UHGV virus genome: UHGV-1359874
Length of the DNA: 64,000 nt
Direction: 5' to 3' (one strand)
Source of the DNA: a virus
The number at the start of each line of letters is the position of its first letter. The first letter of the stretch is position 1. Below are positions 19,781 to 29,172 of this stretch, piece after piece. The notes under the pieces are model-generated. The model was not told where the DNA came from, did no database searches, and saw only the letters and a program-made list of their open reading frames with translations. The translations under genes and the position numbers were made by a program.

Positions 19781-20085
19781 TACTCTTTTTTGTAAAATTC
19801 TTTAATTTTTTCGCAATCATCATGACAAGACTTACATCCTTGAGGAGAAACCATACCCCAACCAACTTCACAAGTTGTACAAGGATATACATTTACACCA
19901 TATATAATTGGTAATTCTCCTTTTTCTTCAAGATCTTCATAAAAGGCAAGTTTTTCATAAATTTCTTCAAGAGTTGGACAATCCGTGTTTTCTGAATAGC
20001 AATATTTATAATCATATTTGCAATTATCGCCGCATCCAAATACTGCTACTTGACCATTAGAAAGTCTTTCTGTTAATCTTTTCAT
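19774..20085 (-). CDS. hypothetical Cys-rich protein (11 Cys in 103 aa)
   Basis: CGDNC...CTTCE...CKSCHDDC patterns. Confidence 0.5.
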   Translation of the reverse strand: MKRLTERLSNGQVAVFGCGDNCKYDYKYCYSENTDCPTLEEIYEKLAFYEDLEEKGELPIIYGVNVYPCTTCEVGWGMVSPQGCKSCHDDCEKIKEFYKKEYC

Positions 20086-20495
20086 TAATCGACACCTACT
20101 CGGATAGGGGTTGCACCTGATCCAGAATCATCTAAATAACTATAAATAGAAATCTTATCGCTCATTTGTTCAATCTTTTTAATCAAAAAATTCATGTCAT
20201 CATCATCAAGATTTTCATCAAGATAAACTACATGAAGATTTTCAGGAAACTTAGAAAAATTCTGATTCTTTTCACTCCACAATTCACAATAACTAGTGTA
20301 CCAATTTAAATGTTCATCCATCGGTTTTTCTTCACGGAGAACCCAACTAGTATTAGTAAATGCCGCGACCTGAGAATCATCAGCCTGCATAAAAGCAGTA
20401 TGTCCAGTAAACATACCAATAAACCACTCTTTAAAAGTGGAAAAGTCTTTAGTAATGAAAAGGCGGCTTACTTTTTCCATATTAATGCTCCTCAT
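20085..20495 (-). CDS. hypothetical protein (136 aa)
   Basis: ORF track. Confidence 0.5.
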   Translation of the reverse strand: MRSINMEKVSRLFITKDFSTFKEWFIGMFTGHTAFMQADDSQVAAFTNTSWVLREEKPMDEHLNWYTSYCELWSEKNQNFSKFPENLHVVYLDENLDDDDMNFLIKKIEQMSDKISIYSYLDDSGSGATPIRVGVD

Positions 20496-20904
20496 GTTCA
20501 GCGGTAATATTCTTATAAGTGAATTTCAGACCCGGAAAAGTTTTCATGATAAGTCTATCCGCATCTTCGTTAATATTAAACTTACTCAACATCTCAAGTT
20601 CACACAGAATATCTTCTCTATCATGCCCACCAATATAAAAGTTAATACCCTCAATCAGTTCTTCTGCATCTTTAACATCCATATCATTTTTCATATCAAC
20701 AGAAAAACCAATAATTCGTTCATTCCAACAACGATTTTTAATAGCCCAAACATCTCCATGTACAGTCAGACTAGTAACAGTACTAACATACTTATCAAGA
20801 GCATGGTGCATAGCTTCGCGGGACATTTGCTTATTAGGAAAAACCTTAACAATAAGATACATAGAAAAACCCTTCCTTTCTTTTCTTTCTTTTCTTTTAT
20901 ACAT
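20482..20904 (-). CDS. hypothetical protein (140 aa)
   Basis: ORF track; extended -10 motif on minus strand at ~20905-20940. Confidence 0.5.
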   Translation of the reverse strand: MYKRKERKERKGFSMYLIVKVFPNKQMSREAMHHALDKYVSTVTSLTVHGDVWAIKNRCWNERIIGFSVDMKNDMDVKDAEELIEGINFYIGGHDREDILCELEMLSKFNINEDADRLIMKTFPGLKFTYKNITAEHEEH

Positions 20905-20921
20905 ATATTATAACAAATTTT

Positions 20922-21266
20922 TTAGTCACTGTCAAGATTTGCGGCAACAGTTCCGCTATCTTGTTTCTTTTCCTCTTGATTTTCTGAAACAGACGATGAA
21001 GAAGTCACAGCCTCAGAATCCGTAGCTTCTACATTACTTCTTGCTCTTGAGGTTTGCTTCTCAGAGCACAGCTCCGCATCCAAAATAGGCGGTTTCAGCG
21101 CAAGACCTAACAATACAGGATCGAATTGAGGCTGACCCGTTGCTAAGTTTATAACTAGAGATGCCGCAACTGTACACACGCCCGCCGCATTACAATCAAT
21201 CCATTTCTTCATACACTTAGAGTCTTGATTATAAGGACAGATAATAAGTTTACAGGTAGTTAGCAT
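20922..21266 (-). CDS. hypothetical Cys-containing protein
   Basis: ORF track. Confidence 0.45.
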   Translation of the reverse strand: MLTTCKLIICPYNQDSKCMKKWIDCNAAGVCTVAASLVINLATGQPQFDPVLLGLALKPPILDAELCSEKQTSRARSNVEATDSEAVTSSSSVSENQEEKKQDSGTVAANLDSD

Positions 21267-21597
21267 CTCTTAACATATCCTCCAACTCATAAATACTGTT
21301 GAATACAAAAGGAACAACATTAGGATTAGCAATTTTTAAAGCGGCTCTACCCGCAGAAGGAAAATTGTTATCATAAAAGATAACATCTGCGTTATCATAT
21401 ACCGAAACAATTCTATCATAAAAAGTATAAATGATAGGATTATCATCACCATATTTAAAACCCTGAAAAGTTGCTTCTTTTAAATCTTGCCAGTCAACAG
21501 AGCCATCATAGCGATAAACACTTTCTCTATGGTTATCAAGCATATAACCAATACTACCATAAATACTTCTCTGGCTGCAATAGAAAGCAATTCTCAT
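21250..21597 (-). CDS. hypothetical protein (115 aa); first gene of minus operon
   Basis: ORF track; extended -10 motif (reverse) at ~21620-21650. Confidence 0.5.
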   Translation of the reverse strand: MRIAFYCSQRSIYGSIGYMLDNHRESVYRYDGSVDWQDLKEATFQGFKYGDDNPIIYTFYDRIVSVYDNADVIFYDNNFPSAGRAALKIANPNVVPFVFNSIYELEDMLRDANYL

Positions 21598-21742
21598 TAA
21601 TAGTTCCTCTTTCTTTTATTTTTTTATGAATATATTATAACAAATTTTTTTAATTTTGTCAAAATAGCATCGCCGCATTGGACATTATAAAAATTTTATC
21701 ATATAATAAATACATAAAAATTAAACAAAAGGAGAAATCAAC

Positions 21743-21943
21743 ATGAAAATTTCGTGGGGCGCTATTATTACTTTCATTTCACTTTTGATTATTACTGTTT
21801 CTGCACTTGTAGGAATTTTTACTATTCTTAATATTTTGTTTACACTACCTTTGCTTGCAGATGTTGTGCTAACCGCAATTATTGGATGCGGACTCCCTAC
21901 ACTTTCTTTTGTAATGATTCTTATTGAAGAAGGTAAACATTAA
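21743..21943 (+). CDS. small membrane protein (2 TM)
   Basis: ORF track; RBS aaggagaaatcaac. Confidence 0.45.
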   Translation: MKISWGAIITFISLLIITVSALVGIFTILNILFTLPLLADVVLTAIIGCGLPTLSFVMILIEEGKH

Positions 21944-22146
21944 TGAAGAATATAATCATTATTATTGTTTCTATTTGTCTAGCTCTTGGAATTACTATGC
22001 TAGATTATTTAGGAATCATGTTAATTATAAGCTTTACACCGCTTAATTTTGTGCAAGGATTTTTTATTAGTTCATCTATTATCTTCGCACTTCTAGTTAT
22101 ATTGATTCTCTTGGCGGTTTGCGATTTTAATATCAAAGGGCAGTAA
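21943..22146 (+). CDS. small membrane protein (2 TM)
   Basis: ORF track; terminator 22132-22164 overlaps stop. Confidence 0.45.
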   Translation: MKNIIIIIVSICLALGITMLDYLGIMLIISFTPLNFVQGFFISSSIIFALLVILILLAVCDFNIKGQ

Positions 22147-22164
22147 AACCGCCCTTTGATTTTT
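22132..22164 (+). terminator. rho-independent terminator
   Basis: caaagggc...gccctttgattttttg. Confidence 0.7.
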
Positions 22165-22247
22165 TGTAAATATTATTTTATAATGTATATACATTTAATA
22201 TTTATAATAATAAGATTGGTCATCAAGAGCAAGGAGGTATCATTGCA

Positions 22248-23138
22248 ATGATAGATTTGGAAAAGTATCGTCACAAAATTTTGGATGGCAAGCAGACTGC
22301 GGCGTCTTTGCGGGCTGAGCTAAAAAAGGATATTGAGGAGTTCGCTGAAAAGCGCAATCGCCGCCCACCTAGATTGATTATTTTTCAGGTAGGTAACAAC
22401 CCCGCATCGAATACTTATGTACAGAATAAGATTAAGGCGTGTGAAGAAGTCGGTATTAAAGCTCGTTTAATGAAACTAGAGAGTTCAATTACTGAAGATG
22501 AACTTATTCAGTTAATTCGTGAAGTTAATTCTCGAACAAATGAAAGCATATATAATGGAGTATTTGTTCAGTTGCCGCTTCCTGAACATATTGATGAAAA
22601 TCGTATTATTCAGATGATTAATCCAAATCAAGACGTAGATGGATTTTCTATTGAAAATGTTGGTACCCTTATGCTGAAGCATCCTAAGATTGATGCTTTT
22701 ATGCCTTGCACTGCATGGGGTATCATTAATCTTCTGCAAGAGTATGATATTCCTATTGCAGGTAAACATTGTGTAATCGTAAACCGTAGTGCTATTGTAG
22801 GTAAACCGCTTGCAATGATGCTACTCCAAAAAGATGCAACTGTAACTATTTGTCATACTAAGACAGAAAATCTTAAAGAGATTTGTCAACAGGCAGATAT
22901 TCTTATTACTGCTATTGGTAAGCCTAAGTTCTTTACTAAGGATTATGTTAAACAGGATGCTATTGTTATTGATGTTGGTATGAACAGAGATGAAAATGGT
23001 AAGCTTTGCGGTGATGTTGATTTTGATGATGTAATTGATAAGATTGCCGCAATTACGCCAGTTCCTGGTGGCATTGGTCCCATGACTGTTACAATTCTGC
23101 TTTATAATGTTTATAAAGCTTGGACGCAGTATAATTAA
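22248..23138 (+). CDS. folD: bifunctional 5,10-methylene-tetrahydrofolate dehydrogenase/cyclohydrolase
   Basis: 296 aa; hallmark VGNNPASNTYVQNKIKACEEVGI and NADP-binding GxSxxxG region (VNRSAIVGKPLA); typical FolD length. Confidence 0.9.
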   Translation: MIDLEKYRHKILDGKQTAASLRAELKKDIEEFAEKRNRRPPRLIIFQVGNNPASNTYVQNKIKACEEVGIKARLMKLESSITEDELIQLIREVNSRTNESIYNGVFVQLPLPEHIDENRIIQMINPNQDVDGFSIENVGTLMLKHPKIDAFMPCTAWGIINLLQEYDIPIAGKHCVIVNRSAIVGKPLAMMLLQKDATVTICHTKTENLKEICQQADILITAIGKPKFFTKDYVKQDAIVIDVGMNRDENGKLCGDVDFDDVIDKIAAITPVPGGIGPMTVTILLYNVYKAWTQYN

Positions 23139-23154
23139 TTAAAAGGAGAGCTAA

Positions 23155-23424
23155 ATGAAATATCATACTAAAGTAGGCATTATTTCAATCATTATTATTT
23201 TGCTTTTGATGGTCATTTCACTCATTATGTCTCTTAGTGGTTATTTTCCTCTTGCTTATGAAATTTACACTAAAGGATTTTCTGGATTAGGCTTTATTTT
23301 TATTGGTGATATAGTTTATAAATGGTTGACTTATGGCGGCAAGAGCAAATCTAAAAAGGCGATGTCCCAGTTGGAAGACGGAGAAAAGCCAGCTCCTCCA
23401 TCGTTTAAACCTGAAAAGTTCTAA
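23155..23424 (+). CDS. hypothetical membrane protein
   Basis: ORF track; N-terminal TM. Confidence 0.45.
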   Translation: MKYHTKVGIISIIIILLLMVISLIMSLSGYFPLAYEIYTKGFSGLGFIFIGDIVYKWLTYGGKSKSKKAMSQLEDGEKPAPPSFKPEKF

Positions 23425-23558
23425 ATCTTAATTAAATCAATGCTTGTTTAGACACAATTCTGCCCGCAAGCATTGATTTTTTTTATATTTTTTGATATAA
23501 TATAATAAAGAAAAAATAAAAGAGAATAAAAAAATATAGAGGTACAAGGAGGATTATC

Positions 23559-24149
23559 ATGATTAGTCAGCTTTATGAGCCATTTCAGCATTGGGCTGAA
23601 AATGGTACGGTTTGGCTATTTAGTGACCCGCATTTCGATGACGCACAGATTGCGGGTGGTATGCAAAATAGACCTAACTCTCAGGAAATTGTTAATATTC
23701 TTAATAAACAGGTTGGCGGTTGTGATACGCTGATTTGTCTGGGTGATGTAGGTAACTGTGATTGGATGAAGCAGATTCGACCCAAAGCTCATAAGGTACT
23801 AATCATGGGTAATCATGATGATAGAGGTCGAGCTTATTATCTGAACTATTTCGATGAAGTATATGATGGTCCAGTTATTATTTCTAAGAATGTTATTCTT
23901 TCTCATGAACCTATGCTGCAATTTGATTTTATGTTTAACATCCATGGTCATGTACATAAACCGCATTATAAGAATGCCGCAAATGAGTTGAATATCTGTA
24001 TTGATGCTCTTAATAAAGTTGAGCCTATTAATCTTAATAAAATGTTTAAGAGAGGCGGTTTTAGCACGCTTATCAAGAAGGATATTCATAGAGCCACGAT
24101 TGATAAAGCAATCAAGAGAAAGAAAAATCGAGAGGTGAAAAATGGTTGA
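23559..24149 (+). CDS. calcineurin-like metallophosphoesterase
   Basis: motifs LFSDPHFDD, GDVGNCDW, IMGNHDD, HGHVH. Confidence 0.7.
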   Translation: MISQLYEPFQHWAENGTVWLFSDPHFDDAQIAGGMQNRPNSQEIVNILNKQVGGCDTLICLGDVGNCDWMKQIRPKAHKVLIMGNHDDRGRAYYLNYFDEVYDGPVIISKNVILSHEPMLQFDFMFNIHGHVHKPHYKNAANELNICIDALNKVEPINLNKMFKRGGFSTLIKKDIHRATIDKAIKRKKNREVKNG

Positions 24150-24844
24150 CTTTAGATAAAATTCTTGAGTCTGTTAAAGACTTTGATTTTACAAATTTTT
24201 GTAAAGATAATGATTATGCTTTAGATAATCTATTGCCGCACGAAGAAGGTCTTGCAACTTTTGAAGGTGCAACGAAATTTGTAATTGATTATCCATCTCT
24301 TGATTATGTAATTAAAATTCCTTTTAGAGGTTATAATGATTATTTTGGTAATGAAGATCCATCCTATGATACTGATCCTAATCATTATATATGGGAACCT
24401 TTTGAAGGTGCTAATAATAATAATTATAAACTTAGTGAATGGGATTATTGTGAAGCAGAATCATCTACTTATGATGATATTGCTTATTTTGAGAATGATT
24501 ATATTAAGCAATTTTTTGCAAAAACTTCTCGTATTAAATGTTCTTTTATTAATTACCCTATTTACACTCAAGAGAAGTGTGAATTAATGCAGTATCCTAA
24601 TAGAATTCCCCATGCAGAAGTGCTTACTACTCAGAAGATTTATGAGAAAACTACTAAGAATCATTATGCTATGGATATGCGTTGGTTTACTCTTGTAAGA
24701 GAACAGTATGGTGAAGAAATTCTCAAAGAACTTTTCCAAGTTTTGGAAACTTACAATATTAGAGATTTACACGGTGAAAACGTAGGCTTCCGTAAAAATG
24801 GTGGCGGTTTGGTGATTTTCGATTACAGTTCTTACTTTGATTAA
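24146..24844 (+). CDS. hypothetical protein (232 aa)
   Basis: ORF track; 4-nt overlap with upstream gene. Confidence 0.5.
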   Translation: MTLDKILESVKDFDFTNFCKDNDYALDNLLPHEEGLATFEGATKFVIDYPSLDYVIKIPFRGYNDYFGNEDPSYDTDPNHYIWEPFEGANNNNYKLSEWDYCEAESSTYDDIAYFENDYIKQFFAKTSRIKCSFINYPIYTQEKCELMQYPNRIPHAEVLTTQKIYEKTTKNHYAMDMRWFTLVREQYGEEILKELFQVLETYNIRDLHGENVGFRKNGGGLVIFDYSSYFD

Positions 24845-24938
24845 AAACATTTTATATTTAAAATGACCGCCGCATCCTTTGATTTTTATAAAAAAATATA
24901 TTATAATATATATGTAAAAAGGAAAGGGGAAATCAAAT

Positions 24939-25190
24939 ATGGAAATGTTTTATTATGAATATGCTCTTGAAGTTTATGACCCTGATGAAAATGAGATGGT
25001 AATCCGTCAAGGTGTTGTTGCAGCTCATGATATGGCTGAAGCAATGAGACTCGCCGCAGATTATTATGGTGAAGATTGTATTGCTGATGTTCATAAGCTC
25101 TTCTGTTGCAGTGATGTGAGCATTTATGAATTCAATGGCCCTGACAATAGCTATCGAGTGGATGTGTGTGAGGAGGATGATTGTAAGTGA
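24939..25190 (+). CDS. hypothetical acidic protein
   Basis: ORF track; extended -10 motif at ~24895. Confidence 0.45.
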   Translation: MEMFYYEYALEVYDPDENEMVIRQGVVAAHDMAEAMRLAADYYGEDCIADVHKLFCCSDVSIYEFNGPDNSYRVDVCEEDDCK

Positions 25191-25426
25191 TTAGAGTTGG
25201 TGACCCTCAGTTCATGTATATGAATGAGATGGAAAAGAAGCACAAGGCTAATGAAGCTAAGCATAATAGACAGCGAGCTATTAATTCTGTTATCGAGGAA
25301 ATTAAGGACAATTATGCAGGAACCTCTATTACACAGGATGAGCTTGGTGAAGTGATGTATAAGTACGGACTTGAGGAAGTTAGTCAGTCTGAATGGACGT
25401 ATATGCTTCGTGAGATTGCGAAGTAA
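25187..25426 (+). CDS. hypothetical protein
   Basis: ORF track. Confidence 0.45.
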   Translation: MIRVGDPQFMYMNEMEKKHKANEAKHNRQRAINSVIEEIKDNYAGTSITQDELGEVMYKYGLEEVSQSEWTYMLREIAK

Positions 25427-25477
25427 GGAATAAAAGAACTAGGCGGAGGGTGGACGCAGCTCTCCGCCTAATGTGAT

Positions 25478-26290
25478 ATGGGGGTAAATATGATTTTTGC
25501 TATGCAATACCGTGATTTGCGGGATGAAAACAAAAGTATTTATGATGAGCTAGGTGAAATTATTATTAATTATGATTCAAAAGATATAACTCTACCTAGA
25601 TTTATTAAAAAGCATCAGAATCAATCTATTGTAATTAATATCGGTACTGGCTCTGCGTCTGATGAAGATGTAAAACGTTTTATTGATTTTAATGATAAAT
25701 ATCATAATATTAAGTTGCGGATTTCTCATAATGATTCTTATTTCGAGCAGATGATTAAGGATAAGATTCCTTATTTTTTTAATGATTGCTATTGCGGTGA
25801 TTGGGATATGCTGAATAGTTTGCTTGATGCACCCAATAGTAATGTTAGCGATATTTATATCAGCAGCTCTCTTGGTTTTGACATTCAAAAGGTAGCTAAT
25901 AGAATACATGACGCTGGTAAGCAACTTCGTTTGATTCCAGATATTGCCAGTGTTAATTCTTTTGTTGATATTGCTCATGGGATTACTAGCTTTTTTGTTA
26001 GACCTAATGATATTGAATATTATAGAGGAATTGTAGATGTAATGGAAATCCTTGGTGGACCTATTAATTATCAAGCTTATAAGAAGCAGAATTGGTTTGG
26101 TCCTTTGAATGAAATTATTACTAATCTAGATTCTAATATTGACAACCGCGCAATTCTTTCTGTTTTTGGTTCTGCTCGAATGCAGTGTCAGAAGCGTTGT
26201 GGACAAGGAAGTTCTTGTAAAATTTGTAAAAATATAGAACAGCTTTCTGATACTATGCTTAGTATGAATTATATCTTTAAGGAGGATTAA
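25478..26290 (+). CDS. hypothetical protein with C-terminal 4-Cys cluster (CQKRCGQGSSCKICKN)
   Basis: ORF track; Cys cluster resembles Fe-S motif of U32-family proteins (unverified). Confidence 0.5.
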   Translation: MGVNMIFAMQYRDLRDENKSIYDELGEIIINYDSKDITLPRFIKKHQNQSIVINIGTGSASDEDVKRFIDFNDKYHNIKLRISHNDSYFEQMIKDKIPYFFNDCYCGDWDMLNSLLDAPNSNVSDIYISSSLGFDIQKVANRIHDAGKQLRLIPDIASVNSFVDIAHGITSFFVRPNDIEYYRGIVDVMEILGGPINYQAYKKQNWFGPLNEIITNLDSNIDNRAILSVFGSARMQCQKRCGQGSSCKICKNIEQLSDTMLSMNYIFKED

Positions 26291-26292
26291 TT

Positions 26293-26805
26293 ATGGGTAG
26301 AGATATTTATATGTATATTCTTGATGAAGATAATAACGTTATAGCTAGACCTTTTTGTGGCGGCTACCGCAATTATGAGTTTTTTGGTCAGCTAAATGGG
26401 GAAGGTCAGGAAGAATATTATAATTATCTTCCTACTAAATATATTACTGTTAATGAACTTCCTGAAGCTATCAAAAAAGATTATGGTGATGGCGATTGTC
26501 GTTATGGTTTGCAAGAGATGAATTTAACTGAATTTGTGGAATGGGCTAGATGTTATCGTCCTTGGATTCAGGCAGGGTGGGTTCATAAGAAAGATGCTTG
26601 GCTTTACAAGAATAAAGAAATTTATCCAGAAGAATATCAAAATAGGCTTTATGCTGATGATATTCTTGAAGATATGGAATTTATTGAATTTATCGACAAA
26701 AGTAATGGTTTCCTTGAGCTAATTGATTTCCTTAATCATCAGGTGTGGTTTTCATATATACCAGATATTTCTAAATATCGTATAGTTTATTACTTTGATA
26801 CTTGA
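26293..26805 (+). CDS. hypothetical protein (170 aa)
   Basis: ORF track. Confidence 0.5.
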   Translation: MGRDIYMYILDEDNNVIARPFCGGYRNYEFFGQLNGEGQEEYYNYLPTKYITVNELPEAIKKDYGDGDCRYGLQEMNLTEFVEWARCYRPWIQAGWVHKKDAWLYKNKEIYPEEYQNRLYADDILEDMEFIEFIDKSNGFLELIDFLNHQVWFSYIPDISKYRIVYYFDT

Positions 26806-26865
26806 TAAAAAATAAAAATTTTGTTATAATATATACATAAAGAAAAACAAAAGGAGAAATGAACT

Positions 26866-27183
26866 ATGGCAGCTAAGGGTAGTATTGCTAAGGTTGATAT
26901 TTTTAAGAAGATTCTTGATACTTTTGATGGCTCTTTCATGAATGGTGAAAAGGAGTTGCGGATTCCCTGGGTTGAGAATGGCGAGCAGCTGGAGATCAAG
27001 GTTACTCTGACCGCAGCTAAGGATATTCTTGGCGACGGTGATGCTAAGTCTCAGGTAAACCCTACTCATGCGGAGTCAGCGAGTACCTCGATCCCGATGA
27101 GTACCCAGACAGTGGATGCCCCTTCTGAGCCAACTGAGGAGGAGAAGGAACGCGTTGCAAAGCTGGTCGCCGCAATGTTTTAA
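26866..27183 (+). CDS. hypothetical protein (105 aa)
   Basis: ORF track; extended -10 motif at ~26815. Confidence 0.45.
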   Translation: MAAKGSIAKVDIFKKILDTFDGSFMNGEKELRIPWVENGEQLEIKVTLTAAKDILGDGDAKSQVNPTHAESASTSIPMSTQTVDAPSEPTEEEKERVAKLVAAMF

Positions 27184-27204
27184 ATAATTAAAAGGAGTGA
27201 GATT

Positions 27205-27495
27205 ATGCACCTGTATCGTTGTACTGAATGGGAAGATGCAACTGGTAATTGGTTGGTTAATGATACCACAAGTATGACTTCTATTGCTGTTAAATGGTGG
27301 GTTCCTATACGGATGTTGAATCTCACTCCTGAAAATTATATTCATCTATTGAAGGATAAGTTTCATGTAAATTATATGAAGTATATTAAAGATGCGGATT
27401 TGCTTATTTTTTCTTTTACTACTCAGGAAGCCGCAAGAAAATATAAAAATTGGATAAATAAGGAAGCTCGTAATCGCAATTATATTATTGATTAA
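27205..27495 (+). CDS. hypothetical protein (96 aa)
   Basis: ORF track; RBS aaaggagtgag. Confidence 0.45.
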   Translation: MHLYRCTEWEDATGNWLVNDTTSMTSIAVKWWVPIRMLNLTPENYIHLLKDKFHVNYMKYIKDADLLIFSFTTQEAARKYKNWINKEARNRNYIID

Positions 27496-27510
27496 GGATG
27501 TGTATTTTAT

Positions 27511-27822
27511 ATGAAATGTTTGATTTATGCCTATGATGCTATGTATGGTGGACTTCATGGTATGTATGACTGGACTATTGAAGATGTTGAACCGTCCGAA
27601 GCTGAGGATATTGGCTATCAAATGTCTGTTGATATAATTGAATCCTATTCTTATACTCACGATATGCCAGAAGATTGTGATTCTGAAGAATATGATGAAT
27701 GGCTAGATTCTATGGTTTCATATGAGATTTATCCTATTAAGGAAGAGTATCAGAATCAGACTTTGGAAATTGAAGAAAATTCGGATATTGAAGAAATCAT
27801 TAACCGCTATTGTTGTCATTAA
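27511..27822 (+). CDS. hypothetical acidic protein
   Basis: ORF track. Confidence 0.45.
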   Translation: MKCLIYAYDAMYGGLHGMYDWTIEDVEPSEAEDIGYQMSVDIIESYSYTHDMPEDCDSEEYDEWLDSMVSYEIYPIKEEYQNQTLEIEENSDIEEIINRYCCH

Positions 27823-28107
27823 TTGACTTTTAATAAAATATATAGTATAATATATATGTAAATAAGAAATGACAATGTTGAACTTGTGAAGTTCAGTTTT
27901 CTATTGGCCAGTAGAGAACAGCGCAGGGACTGAACAAGAGATGGCCGCTCAAGTGGTGAGTCCTTAAAAACTGCTAAAGGATAGCATTCTAGATAGTAAG
28001 GAGCCGGAAGTCATTTTTTCGGAGTAATTAAATTACAATGTTATCGGGATAAGACATTGTAAGTACTGGCAAGTCTAAATCTATAAGTCTAGATAAATTT
28101 AGATACT

Positions 28108-28211
28108 ACCAGAGAAGCGGTAGTTTAAGAGGAAAAAACGCTAGCTGGGTAATTAGCAGCAGAATTACGGGTTCGAGGTCCCGTCCGCTTCGCCATTTAA
28201 ATCAATAGGAG
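28108..28211 (+). ncRNA. tRNA-like element ending in G-CCA (7-bp acceptor gaagcgg/ccgcttc, D-arm gttt/aaac, T-arm-like hairpin; anticodon and T loops 8 nt)
   Basis: folded by hand; sits at 3' end of 350-nt ORF-free, promoter-driven region 27860-28211. Confidence 0.4.
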
Positions 28212-28218
28212 GTAAATT

Positions 28219-28806
28219 ATGTATCTCAATATTGATCGTACAAATATGTATTATCTTTTTCATAATAATGAATGTATATATTTGGGTGATAAAGAAGATT
28301 TAATTGAATATCTTGTTGCTCATTGGCGGCGTTCTTATGTACTTCTTGTAGATAAACTTCATAGTGGAGTTCTTGAAGGTGCATATAAATGGTATAATGT
28401 TGTCTTTGAGAATTATTCTATGGAAATGGGAGATTCTTCAAAATACGTTATTATAGATGGTTTGCATAGAATTATTAATATTGATAACTATTATGAACAG
28501 ACATTTCGGGTAGCAAGAGAAGAAAAGGACAAAGATAATTCATTTACATATCCTGAAAATCATAATAAATATGGCATATATAGGTGTACACCTGTGCCTA
28601 ATACCAGGAAATATCGCGGCGGTCCATCCCAAAAGGTTCGTAAGACTGCGCGAATTTATAAACTGTATGCAGACCCTGAACAGAAAGAATATAATCGGGG
28701 GTCATGCCGCGGTATTCCTAGTTGGTGGGATGATTTTTCTTTCCGTCGTCCTCAAAAAAGCTGGAAGGAACAAAGTAAACGCTCTCATCAATGGAAAGAG
28801 AAGTGA
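28219..28806 (+). CDS. hypothetical protein, basic C-terminus
   Basis: ORF track; RBS aataggaggt. Confidence 0.5.
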   Translation: MYLNIDRTNMYYLFHNNECIYLGDKEDLIEYLVAHWRRSYVLLVDKLHSGVLEGAYKWYNVVFENYSMEMGDSSKYVIIDGLHRIINIDNYYEQTFRVAREEKDKDNSFTYPENHNKYGIYRCTPVPNTRKYRGGPSQKVRKTARIYKLYADPEQKEYNRGSCRGIPSWWDDFSFRRPQKSWKEQSKRSHQWKEK

Positions 28807-28841
28807 TTATTATGTAATATTCTTTTAAGGAGGTTTACATA

Positions 28842-29108
28842 ATGAGTCATTCATACAAAAAATTTTATATATGCAGACAAGATAAAGAAGATTATCATTA
28901 TCTGAACCGGCAACTCAGACACGATAAACTTAGGGAAATCCCCAAAGGTGCTCATTATCGCAAAGTAAATCCTAAATGGCGGGAATGGCAATATCTTTGG
29001 ACCGAAGAACAAGCGATGCGGCAGTATGAGAATGATGTAAGGTTACAATCTCGATATTCATATTTAGAATGGATGCAATACTGGGCGAGACACATCCAAC
29101 GTAAATAA
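28842..29108 (+). CDS. hypothetical basic protein
   Basis: ORF track; RBS aaggaggt. Confidence 0.45.
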   Translation: MSHSYKKFYICRQDKEDYHYLNRQLRHDKLREIPKGAHYRKVNPKWREWQYLWTEEQAMRQYENDVRLQSRYSYLEWMQYWARHIQRK

Positions 29109-29172
29109 TGCGTTGGATGTGGCATCATACCGAAAATGATTTTAATTTAATTATTTTCAAACGTTCTTTGAA

